Source: a virus (Duplodnaviria; Heunggongvirae; Uroviricota; Caudoviricetes). From it: a stretch of DNA of 64,000 nt. The DNA lies in the IMG/VR virus record IMGVR_UViG_3300020156_000001, positions 1 to 64,000 of that record. One strand, 5' to 3'. The position numbers and the translations under genes are program-made. Shown piece by piece: positions 1 through 9,043 of the stretch (its first letter is position 1; every line of letters begins with the position of its first letter). A model generated the notes under the pieces. The model saw nothing but the letters and a program-made list of their open reading frames with translations. It made no database searches and was not told where the DNA came from.

Positions 1-785
1 AATGGATATGCGCTTGCTGTATCGACTTCGCGAGGAATCTGGTAGAACCAGTTGTTCTTTGGACCACCTGGGATACCATCACCGAGGTTTGCAGTGGATG
101 GGGCAACGTTTGTAACCATGTAAAGTGGCTTCTGACCAGTTGAGATCATGTTACCATCACAACCAACACCGCGCTGAACGCAAACTACGCCCATGTGGTA
201 ATAGTCTTCTGTGAATACCTGAGTCCAAATACCCAAAGCAAAACCACGCTCAACAACTGTAAGCTGATAAGACATTGGGGTCTTGATGCTTAGACGTGGA
301 TATGTGTTTGTAATACCACCCAAAGCTGCCTGCTCAGAAGTCAAATAACGCATGAAGTCAGGAAGAACGATCGGATAGGAATGCAGTGTGGAAGCCGAAG
401 CAGTTGCGATATCAGCGAGCTGAGTGCGCGAACCAACTTTATAGCTAAGGCCAGTGTTTTCCAAGCTTACTAGCGCACCCGGAGGTGTGGAAGTTGGGTT
501 TGGCATACGAGCCGAACCAGTCGTTGTTTCAAAGTAGATGTGCCAACGCTCGTCTTGGTTTGCAGCAATTGGATCCACTGTTGTACCTGGACGGAAAATA
601 ACCTTTGTTGTATCAGCTTGAAGGCCACCAGAAGTGTCTGTTTCAACAACTTCAAAGCCGCCAGCAACTAGATCTCTGAAAAGGTGATATGTTAGGGAGT
701 CTGTTGTTGTAAGAGGTACGCCCGTAACATCGTTACCTTTCGCAACCATGTGCGTAAGACCTTGACGTAGTTTAGAAATAGCCAT
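1..785 (-). CDS. Virion structural protein, runs off the left edge (partial)
   Basis: Absent from ORF track (no stop in window). ATG at 785 (MAISKLRQG...), GAGG SD, TATAAATA at 814-821, frame open to the edge. Confidence 0.75.
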   Translation of the reverse strand, partial: MAISKLRQGLTHMVAKGNDVTGVPLTTTDSLTYHLFRDLVAGGFEVVETDTSGGLQADTTKVIFRPGTTVDPIAANQDERWHIYFETTTGSARMPNPTSTPPGALVSLENTGLSYKVGSRTQLADIATASASTLHSYPIVLPDFMRYLTSEQAALGGITNTYPRLSIKTPMSYQLTVVERGFALGIWTQVFTEDYYHMGVVCVQRGVGCDGNMISTGQKPLYMVTNVAPSTANLGDGIPGGPKNNWFYQIPREVDTASAYP

Positions 786-813
786 TTTATGACCTCACTG
801 TTAGAATTTCAGT

Positions 814-821
814 TATTTATA
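814..821 (-). promoter_or_regulatory. T4-like late promoter TATAAATA
   Basis: Exact T4 late consensus upstream of a structural gene; TAAATA cores also at 8681, 8984, 15716, 20998 (-) and 34663 (+). Confidence 0.7.
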
Positions 822-826
822 AGAGG

Positions 827-1765
827 TCAAACGACCTGAATAATAATAGTAATTGATGTTGGCGTTGTACCGGTATTGGTAATCTTCCAATACGTATTTG
901 GGCTAGTTGTGTCGTCCATGTTGATCAAGTTGACAAAACGCTCGCCATAATAACGCATACCAGCCAATGTAAATGAGCCATCATCAACCAAGTGGCTTGC
1001 TGTGGCAACAAAGCGATATGGGTTTGTATCGGTGCGTGTTTTTACGCTGTGGCATTCCAAGATGGATGGTGCGGAAACCTTAGCTTCAACCAACACGCAT
1101 TTGCCACCGGTTTCAAAAACAAAATCAATCGATTTGCCCACACTTAGCTGGGCTGTGGTATATGTGAGTGTGCGGATCTTGGCTGTATTGGTTGGACCAC
1201 CACCGCTAACCGAACGACCAATCTCACCCGTGTAAAGCCAGCCCTCAATCCAAATGCCGTTTTGGATAGCAACCGGAGGAGTACCATTTGGGAAGAACAA
1301 CACGCCTGTGGAATAATCAAATTCCCATTCATAGTTTTCAGCAACCGGAGACAGCTTTACAGTACCGGCGTTGCCTGGCTGACCCGCATAAACGCTGATC
1401 GTGTAGGAACGATCGATAACTGGTGGAACCCAATTACGGATACGATTTTCTTCAATCACCCCAGTATTTGGATTGGTCATAGCGTGAAACGCTGTGAGAT
1501 CCACAGTTAGATCCTTGACCAATTGAACCGCTGTTTCGCCCTTACGTGGGGAAATAACGCTGGCCCAAACCTCAGTTCCCGTTACAGTTGCAGTAACTGG
1601 TGCTGGGCTTGGAATAACATCGGAATCAGTCCAGAAGTTTTGCTGGAATGTTGGTGGGTTGCTAAGCAGGGCTTCGTTATGAGCGGCCTTGTCTTGACTT
1701 GTTGGGGTTACACCACGGTAACGCTTCCAAAGCAAGTCTAGCTTATCATTGTTATCATAGCTCAT
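827..1765 (-). CDS. Virion structural protein (N-terminal domain shared with 1755..3908)
   Basis: 312 aa; K(L/I)DLLWK and W-x-FDY-x2-GVL-x-FP motifs shared with neighbour; late operon. Confidence 0.8.
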   Translation of the reverse strand: MSYDNNDKLDLLWKRYRGVTPTSQDKAAHNEALLSNPPTFQQNFWTDSDVIPSPAPVTATVTGTEVWASVISPRKGETAVQLVKDLTVDLTAFHAMTNPNTGVIEENRIRNWVPPVIDRSYTISVYAGQPGNAGTVKLSPVAENYEWEFDYSTGVLFFPNGTPPVAIQNGIWIEGWLYTGEIGRSVSGGGPTNTAKIRTLTYTTAQLSVGKSIDFVFETGGKCVLVEAKVSAPSILECHSVKTRTDTNPYRFVATASHLVDDGSFTLAGMRYYGERFVNLINMDDTTSPNTYWKITNTGTTPTSITIIIQVV

Positions 1766-3908
1766 TGGTTACTCCGCTAAAACGTAGACCTGTAATTGCT
1801 TGACCATGTGTGAGACGGAAGCGAACGAGGATAATATTGTCTGTGGCATTTGAGCTGCTTTGTGGTCCAAATGTGACATGCACGTTTTGGGAACCACCAC
1901 TCGCTGGACGACCAACAGCACAACCCGCATTTACATCACGACCAGGAATACCCCAGCCCTCATAGTTCTGCATTGCGTTAAGCCAACCGTTTGATGTTCT
2001 GCTAAAGCCGGAAACACCCAACAGCTTGACGTAAAGCTCAGTATAACGACCTTCAATTTCAATCATAAACTGGCTTACATGTTTGCGTTGAATCGCAAAT
2101 GTTGCGTACTGGTTTGCATCATGAGAGGAATAATCCGGACCTGCTGGCAAATAGCCAGTGTAATCGGTTGTTGTATGACGGATTGCACCACCAACAATTG
2201 CCGCTTCATGCGCTGGAACTTCATCACGCGCCACCCACACAGGTAGCATACCTGGCATAAAGTTGGCTTGTGGAGTATTGCCCGATGGTAGCAGAACACG
2301 AGTCGCGTAAAGTTGCATACCCGTATCCGCAACACCTAGATCGCTCACTGGCACGTTTTGTTCCTCTACCGGGCCAAGACCAACACTGACACCACCACGC
2401 ATGTAGTTGATCATCTGTGTGCTGGTAAGATCGGCTTTACCGTTAGGATTACGAGCTGTTACACGGAACTGAACTGTGCCGTGGCTAACATTGCCATCAT
2501 AGTCGTTGATGCTGTAGATAACATTGTTGGCCGTGTATGTGGCGCCCTTTTCAAGAACCTTTGGCAAACCATTCTCATTTGGAAATGCCCAAACTGTTGG
2601 ACCAGCTTCTTGTGGAATTGTTTGGAACTCAATGTTCTTTGCATCCAAGTGGATATCTGTAGCTAGGTTATCAACCTTTGCACCCACGTATAGGATCGAA
2701 CCACGCGCATAATGTGGAATACCACTAGAGTAAACAACTGGGTTGTCCTCTTTTGGTTCAACTGTTGTGAGAGTAACTGTTGGTTTTACATTGGAGCTAT
2801 CACGAACCAACCAAAGTGTGCTGGACTCACCAGTGGTAGAATGGCGCAAGCTCAACGCGTTCAAGCCCGTTGGCAAGTTCAAGTTAACTGCGCGGGCTAC
2901 AAGTGTTTCAAAGAACGACAAGTTTGTTGATTTGTCGCTGATGTCTTGGTTCAAATCTAGGTTGCCATAGATGCCCGAATTGTCTCCGGCTACCAGTGTA
3001 ACCGAACCCGCATCCGCGTTGTTCAAGCGCACGCTGAGAGTGCCGGATTGACCATCGGCAAATGGACCAACATAGGAAGTTTCCAAGTTGATACCAACGA
3101 CCTTTTCAACAGCTTCACCAGGAACCGCAGGATTTACAGTTCCATTAGTGCTATCCTTGAAGCCTTCGGAGAGAACAACGTTTGCGTCGTTGATAACAGT
3201 TGTTGAACCAGGCATTTCCAACAGCATACCAGCGAGCATTGCTGTGGATGTTGGAACTAGATCAAGTAGAGCGCGGTTGAGATCGTCAACGGCGTCAGCA
3301 ATACGAGTTTGATTTTCAACCCAACCCTTAACGTAACCACCGGAAAAGTCACCATCGGTTAGCTCGGTTAGAACGTCGATAACATCGCCCGAGAATGTCG
3401 CTGGAAGGCCCTTTGGACCAATGTAACGGAAACCTGTGATATAAACTTCAGTTGGTGCGATTGTTGGATCTGGGAACCAAAGCACACCCGCGGCATAATC
3501 AAAGATCCAGTTTGTTTCAATACTGGAGTTGAAAATACGCTGAGTTTTGTTGGCATCCGCATAAACGCGGATTTCATAAGATGGATCAAACTTTGGACTA
3601 ATGAAGTCGCGGAGACGATTTTCAGGAGTAATGCCATTTGCGTAAACAGCCACAGCAATCCAAGCCGTATTGTCTTCAACGCTTGGTTCCGCACACATAC
3701 GAATGTCAACGGTTGCTACGGTGTTGGCTACTTCAACTGCAGGAGAAGGAATATCCTTATCGTTCTGCCAAATTTCACTTGCGCGAATCTGTTCATTGGA
3801 AACTGCAAGTTCTTCATAAGGAGACTTTTCGGCGCCAGTTTGAGTGACGCCGTATTGAATCTTTTTCCAAAGCAGATCGATTTTCTGAGAATCGTCGATA
3901 TAAGCCAT
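1755..3908 (-). CDS. Virion structural protein (tail/baseplate associated)
   Basis: 717 aa; N-term like the 312-aa ORF, C-term (YSSGIPHY, LPAGPDY, NATDNIILVRF) like the 684-aa ORF. Confidence 0.8.
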   Translation of the reverse strand: MAYIDDSQKIDLLWKKIQYGVTQTGAEKSPYEELAVSNEQIRASEIWQNDKDIPSPAVEVANTVATVDIRMCAEPSVEDNTAWIAVAVYANGITPENRLRDFISPKFDPSYEIRVYADANKTQRIFNSSIETNWIFDYAAGVLWFPDPTIAPTEVYITGFRYIGPKGLPATFSGDVIDVLTELTDGDFSGGYVKGWVENQTRIADAVDDLNRALLDLVPTSTAMLAGMLLEMPGSTTVINDANVVLSEGFKDSTNGTVNPAVPGEAVEKVVGINLETSYVGPFADGQSGTLSVRLNNADAGSVTLVAGDNSGIYGNLDLNQDISDKSTNLSFFETLVARAVNLNLPTGLNALSLRHSTTGESSTLWLVRDSSNVKPTVTLTTVEPKEDNPVVYSSGIPHYARGSILYVGAKVDNLATDIHLDAKNIEFQTIPQEAGPTVWAFPNENGLPKVLEKGATYTANNVIYSINDYDGNVSHGTVQFRVTARNPNGKADLTSTQMINYMRGGVSVGLGPVEEQNVPVSDLGVADTGMQLYATRVLLPSGNTPQANFMPGMLPVWVARDEVPAHEAAIVGGAIRHTTTDYTGYLPAGPDYSSHDANQYATFAIQRKHVSQFMIEIEGRYTELYVKLLGVSGFSRTSNGWLNAMQNYEGWGIPGRDVNAGCAVGRPASGGSQNVHVTFGPQSSSNATDNIILVRFRLTHGQAITGLRFSGVTNEL

Positions 3909-3918
3909 TTGCTATCCC

Positions 3919-5973
3919 TTATTCAGCAATTCGAATGCTTCGAATTTCATCGTTTGTGCCCAGTGCAAAACGTACCAGGATGATGTTGTCAGTTGCATTT
4001 GCGCTGCTGATGTTACCAAATGTAAACTCTACAATGGAACCCTGCTTTGACAAGAGGCAACCATCACCTGCATTTGCATGACCAGGCCAGTTAAGTGGCG
4101 CATGATCCGCTTGCTTGGTACCATCCCACCAACCTTCTACGGCGTTTGGGGTAAGTTGTGTGATGCCTGGAAGCTTTACATAAACTGCCGAATATGTGCC
4201 GTTGATGTCCAGCTTTAGTCTATTAGTTATAGTCTTGACTTTGAAGCTAATAAACTGGGTTGTAGGCTTTGTACGGAAGTCCGGACCTGTTGGCAAGAAC
4301 GTGTTGAGGTTGCCTCTAAAGTTCTTTGCAATGCCGCCGATTACAGGGGCTTCCCAAAGAGCCAAGTCACCGAGATCGCCAGCGGAACCACTGTTCCAAT
4401 CCGTGATCCAGTTTACCAAAGCTACTGCCGGACGATCACCATCACCCAAAGCAACACGCTTGATGTTTGGCTGGAATAGGCTGTCTGCGGGTGGAGTTTC
4501 CATTACAAACGGGCCTTCACCTTCCAAATAAAGCAGCGGAGTGGCTACGGGCTGAACTGTAGTCTTAAAGCTGCTCTGCGCATAATAGGACAGTATTGTT
4601 TGAACTGCCATACCCAACTGACTCAAAACGACTTCGTTGTCGTTCATTGTGATTGGGCCATGATTTATGCTGAGAATATCAGGCATACCTGTGGTATCAT
4701 AATTGATATCAGAAGTTGCTATTGGCTGCTCAAAACGCAAGCCCATGATCTTTTCACTTGGGAAAGTACGACCAACAACTTTATCAACAGTCATGTTATA
4801 GGAAAGCTTTGTGTCCACTGTGTAGTGGGGAACACCGCTCGAATACACAATATTCTCTTCATCCACTGTTAGAGTGGTAGCCGAGATAATCGGATCATCC
4901 ATCATTGTTTCCACAACAACATGGGCAGTAGATGTACCAGTTACACTGTGTGAAAGCTTAAACTCGTTGATACCATCCGGCACAACACTCTTAATTTTTG
5001 CATCAAACGCTGCAAAGCTAGAGTTACCCGCAGGGAAATCATAATCTCTTAGAACTTCCAGCTTATCGTAAACACCAACTTCGCTAGCATTTGTCATCAC
5101 AATGGAACCAGCTGCCGCGCCATTTAGCGTCAACGCAAGTGTGCCCATGCTTGCAAGACCCAAACCGGTCATTATTTCGGATTCCGCATTTACAGAATCG
5201 ATAGCTACGACAGGATCCGCATAGTTGAATGTGGTGTTTGGAACGTTATTTGGGATTGTGCCCTGTGCTAGTCGTACGCCAGTTGTTGGAACGTCACTAC
5301 CTTTGAATTCAATTCGATGTGTACCAACATCAGCAGGACGAGCAGGAAGCGCACGCTCCAATAGATAGTTGACCTGGTCAAGCGCATCGGTGAGAGTTGT
5401 TGTTCCAGAAACCCAACCCTTAATAGCGCCATCATTAATGTTAGTGTCTGTTGGGACACCGATCGTGTCTGAACCACCACCAAACTTGAAGTCGCCAACG
5501 TAGAAGAAGCGGGCTTCCAAATCTGCTTGAAATGTTCCAGGGAAAATGCCTGGAATAACAGGACCAGCTAGTGGTAGACCATTTTCTGCAACTTCAAAGA
5601 TAAAACCATCGCCATCAGGACCACAACCGTAACCGGACTGGAATGGATCAGCAAAGATATTATAGCAATCAACGTCTTCGACTTTTACACGAATAAGACC
5701 CGGGTCAACAAGTTCGATGATTTCTTTGATTTGAACTGCAATACCACCAACCGTGGTAGCTAGCCAATCTCCAACTTTGATATGCTCAGCAGTATAATAA
5801 AATTGTGCTGAAGGATCACTATGAGCTTGCGATTGAACAATTAGCTCTAGATCAAATACATACGGGTAATCGACCCAAGTATAACTTGGGTCCATTGCTG
5901 GCGTTACGACATAATTATAGTCGGGACGTAGGGTAGTCTGAACCACCCTAAGCAGTTTCATAGGCTTGGTCAT
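3919..5973 (-). CDS. Virion structural protein, paralog of 1755..3908 C-terminal part
   Basis: 684 aa; YSSGVPHY, LPTGPDF, NATDNIILVRF; AGGA SD. Confidence 0.8.
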   Translation of the reverse strand: MTKPMKLLRVVQTTLRPDYNYVVTPAMDPSYTWVDYPYVFDLELIVQSQAHSDPSAQFYYTAEHIKVGDWLATTVGGIAVQIKEIIELVDPGLIRVKVEDVDCYNIFADPFQSGYGCGPDGDGFIFEVAENGLPLAGPVIPGIFPGTFQADLEARFFYVGDFKFGGGSDTIGVPTDTNINDGAIKGWVSGTTTLTDALDQVNYLLERALPARPADVGTHRIEFKGSDVPTTGVRLAQGTIPNNVPNTTFNYADPVVAIDSVNAESEIMTGLGLASMGTLALTLNGAAAGSIVMTNASEVGVYDKLEVLRDYDFPAGNSSFAAFDAKIKSVVPDGINEFKLSHSVTGTSTAHVVVETMMDDPIISATTLTVDEENIVYSSGVPHYTVDTKLSYNMTVDKVVGRTFPSEKIMGLRFEQPIATSDINYDTTGMPDILSINHGPITMNDNEVVLSQLGMAVQTILSYYAQSSFKTTVQPVATPLLYLEGEGPFVMETPPADSLFQPNIKRVALGDGDRPAVALVNWITDWNSGSAGDLGDLALWEAPVIGGIAKNFRGNLNTFLPTGPDFRTKPTTQFISFKVKTITNRLKLDINGTYSAVYVKLPGITQLTPNAVEGWWDGTKQADHAPLNWPGHANAGDGCLLSKQGSIVEFTFGNISSANATDNIILVRFALGTNDEIRSIRIAE

Positions 5974-5988
5974 GACTATTCCTTTAAA

Positions 5989-8649
5989 TTAGAATACAAT
6001 AACGCACTTTGCAATACGCATTGTAGTCGAACGAATCGAACTTGTGCTGATACCTTGAACCTTAATATTCAAAGGGTTAGCCGTATCATAGGACATCCAG
6101 TTAGCTGTTGTTGTACCAGGAGCACTAACCCAGTTAGTGCCACCAGCAGCGCCAAACTTACCCATCATAGAAACCATTTTAGGAAAAGCAGGAGATGGCA
6201 TTGCAACAACAAATTCACCAGAACCCATAGAAACAACAGACCAACCAGTTGGAAGATCACGGATTGCAGAAACAGTTGTTGTGTCGGAAAGTTCAATTTC
6301 AAACATAACCGTGCTGCTAGAACCAGTGCCACCGGAGGAACCACCACCTGGGATAGTTACTGTGGCAACACCAGCTGTGTTTGTTACAGTAACACCAGCG
6401 CCAACAAAGTTGATTGCTGATGGGTTTGCAACTGTAGCTGCGCCTTCATCCTGAACAGCAACCGGAGCTACATGCAGACCGTTTACGCTTTCAGTAATAC
6501 GGTTGTTTGCAGTTACAGTGTCACGACGAACCGCAGCACTGATTGCTGTACCAGTTAGGGTCAAGTCAACGCTGTTGGTGTCAGTTACTGTGTATGTGGA
6601 ACCACCACCGCTAACAGTACCAAGAACAAACTTGGATGTTGCGTTGTCCCAAACAAGAGCCTTACCATTATCGCCAGCCGCTGGAGTACCAACGTTTACG
6701 TCTGTAAGCTGCTTTAGCTGAGTCCAAGAAACCTGACCAGCATCAAACGAGCCGCCCTTATCGCGTGTTAGGATCAAGTGACCATTGTTGTTGATCGTAG
6801 CTGCGGAAATACCTTCACCTGGTTCACCATCGTCGCCATCAGCACCACGAGCGCCTGGGGCGCCGTCATTACCATTAGTACCTGGAGGACCCTGAAGACC
6901 CTGATTGCCTTGATCGCCCTTTGGACCCTTAAAGCTACCCATGTCAACGAAATCTTCAGCAGCTTCCGAGAATACCCAAAGGTTACCATCGATAAAGTAA
7001 CCATCGCCAACGTTTGGATCAACTAGTGCGTCTAGTTCAGCAACATTGTTAAGCGGACCGATGATTGTGATACCTGCTTCACCTGCCGGACCAATATCAC
7101 CCTTGTCACCCTTTGGACCACGAACGTTACCCGCATCGATTGTCGTGTTGTTCGACATGTTGAGGATGAGGTTGTCACCAGTTACAGTAGCAGCGGTTAC
7201 GTGGCTACCTTCAGGGCCTTGAGGACCAGCAGCGCCGGTACCAGCAGACCATAGACCATCTTCACGAACTTCGATGATGTTGCCTTCTTCTTGCGAAATC
7301 TTAATGTTTAGCTCGAAAGGCTTGGAATTAGCAAATTCTGGACGAATTGCAGTTAGTGGAGTACCATCAGCAGTAGCACGAAGGCCATAACGGATGAATG
7401 ATTCTTCTAGACCATCACCTTCAACAATAATCGAGTCCGTTTCCGCAAATACTGGGGAAGGAACAATAACTTCGTCATGTGGGTGTTTTGCTACGCTTAG
7501 GAAACGCTGCTTTGCAGTCCAAGGATGGCTAGCAGGACTACCGTTGTAACCCTTAATCCACTTTTCAATAGTGACATTTAGCTTATTATTGGCTGTGCCA
7601 TCACCAACAAGGTACCAAGGAGTTTCAACAGTAGGAACTTGAACAGCACCGCCAGAGCTTGCTGGAACAAAGAGACCATTTGCACGCTCAACCAACGAGT
7701 TACCAGCGTCTGGGCTGATAACAACTGCACCAGAGATATCATCGCCAGCTAGAGTCAAGTTTAGCGAAGGAGTGTCGCTTACTGTATAGGTTACACCACC
7801 GGCACCACCGCCAGTCGCATAAAGACCATCGTCACGAATTTCAATGGTGTTACCAGCGTCTTCGGAAATCTTTACATCAAACTTGAAAGCTTCTGCATTA
7901 GTGATGCCAGGCCCCGAAGTAGACAAACCGGCAATCACTGGATCAATACCAGTACCCGAAACGCTAATAGTTGCGGTTTCATCAACAATTGTTGATGGAA
8001 TTATCATGTGACCAGGATTGTCAATAGTACCTGGAGTCTCAAACCAAATGTTAAATGCACGGGCTCCGGTTTCTTCTGTTATATTATATGGATTCACATT
8101 AATCCATGTCATCAAAGGATCACCAGCGGTGCCATCACCTGTTAGGAAATGTGGTCGGCCAGTGCCGTTAGTAACTATCGCATTCATGCCCCCGGTCGGA
8201 GCATCAACAAATTCGATCTTTGTACCGTCTGCGGAAACCTTCAAGAACTTGTCGCTCTGGCTTGCTGGGAAAGCAGCCGTAGAGTTCAAGTACTCATCCA
8301 AACGTGGGAGTTCAGGAATTTCAGGTCCACCAATGATGATCGTATCGGAAGTACCACGAATCGTTAGACCGTTTTCAACTGCCAAACCTCTAAAGTAGAA
8401 AGTGTTGGATTCACGACGGCGATACAAACCCTGGCCAGAACCCAAGTTACCCATCTGAATCGAATTGAGTAGATCTTGATTGCTATCTGGGGTTTCGGCG
8501 CCGGCTGCGATTGTACCAACAGCGGTTTGGTTTGAGCCGCGAATACGACGCTTGGTTACATTATTAGGATCCGTTGTACCGCCTTCTTGATCCTGTGGGA
8601 ACAATTCGCCAGTACCATACTGGATACCATAATTATCAATTGTGCTCAT
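5989..8649 (-). CDS. Collagen-like tail fibre protein
   Basis: 886 aa; G-X-Y runs (GPKGDQGNQGLQGPPGTNGNDGAPGARGADGDDGEPGEG), repeated ISxDAGNxIxxRxDGL motif; AGGAG SD and TAAATA upstream. Confidence 0.85.
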   Translation of the reverse strand: MSTIDNYGIQYGTGELFPQDQEGGTTDPNNVTKRRIRGSNQTAVGTIAAGAETPDSNQDLLNSIQMGNLGSGQGLYRRRESNTFYFRGLAVENGLTIRGTSDTIIIGGPEIPELPRLDEYLNSTAAFPASQSDKFLKVSADGTKIEFVDAPTGGMNAIVTNGTGRPHFLTGDGTAGDPLMTWINVNPYNITEETGARAFNIWFETPGTIDNPGHMIIPSTIVDETATISVSGTGIDPVIAGLSTSGPGITNAEAFKFDVKISEDAGNTIEIRDDGLYATGGGAGGVTYTVSDTPSLNLTLAGDDISGAVVISPDAGNSLVERANGLFVPASSGGAVQVPTVETPWYLVGDGTANNKLNVTIEKWIKGYNGSPASHPWTAKQRFLSVAKHPHDEVIVPSPVFAETDSIIVEGDGLEESFIRYGLRATADGTPLTAIRPEFANSKPFELNIKISQEEGNIIEVREDGLWSAGTGAAGPQGPEGSHVTAATVTGDNLILNMSNNTTIDAGNVRGPKGDKGDIGPAGEAGITIIGPLNNVAELDALVDPNVGDGYFIDGNLWVFSEAAEDFVDMGSFKGPKGDQGNQGLQGPPGTNGNDGAPGARGADGDDGEPGEGISAATINNNGHLILTRDKGGSFDAGQVSWTQLKQLTDVNVGTPAAGDNGKALVWDNATSKFVLGTVSGGGSTYTVTDTNSVDLTLTGTAISAAVRRDTVTANNRITESVNGLHVAPVAVQDEGAATVANPSAINFVGAGVTVTNTAGVATVTIPGGGSSGGTGSSSTVMFEIELSDTTTVSAIRDLPTGWSVVSMGSGEFVVAMPSPAFPKMVSMMGKFGAAGGTNWVSAPGTTTANWMSYDTANPLNIKVQGISTSSIRSTTMRIAKCVIVF

Positions 8650-8679
8650 CTTGGCGCTCCTGAAGTGACTTGCTTTGTG

Positions 8680-8952
8680 TTATTTATTCTTTGGAGCGGT
8701 AGGCGCAGCGAATGCAGGATTACTCACTGAGTGAATAGATCCGCAACTACTGCAATAGAAATCGATTTTTCTGAAAACCATGCCTTCGGTGTTGAACTCA
8801 ATCTTTGCATCGCATCGAGTGCATTCAAAGGACCAAGGCCCCAAATGTAATTGATTATGGACTACGTCAGGCTGGTCGAGCTTTAATTTAAGCCGATTGT
8901 TGCGACGAGACTGAGCAGCCAAAGGAAACGGTATCACTGCCATAACACGCAC
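8680..8952 (-). CDS. Small zinc-ribbon protein
   Basis: 90 aa, CTRC and CSSC pairs; GTG start below a TAAATA element. Confidence 0.65.
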   Translation of the reverse strand: MRVMAVIPFPLAAQSRRNNRLKLKLDQPDVVHNQLHLGPWSFECTRCDAKIEFNTEGMVFRKIDFYCSSCGSIHSVSNPAFAAPTAPKNK

Positions 8953-9043
8953 CTAAAAACCTCTTATAACAACTGCTCGCTAATATTTATCAGCGAGCTA
9001 GTTGATATTTCTAATGCTATAAGTGGGTGCGATTTAGACTATA

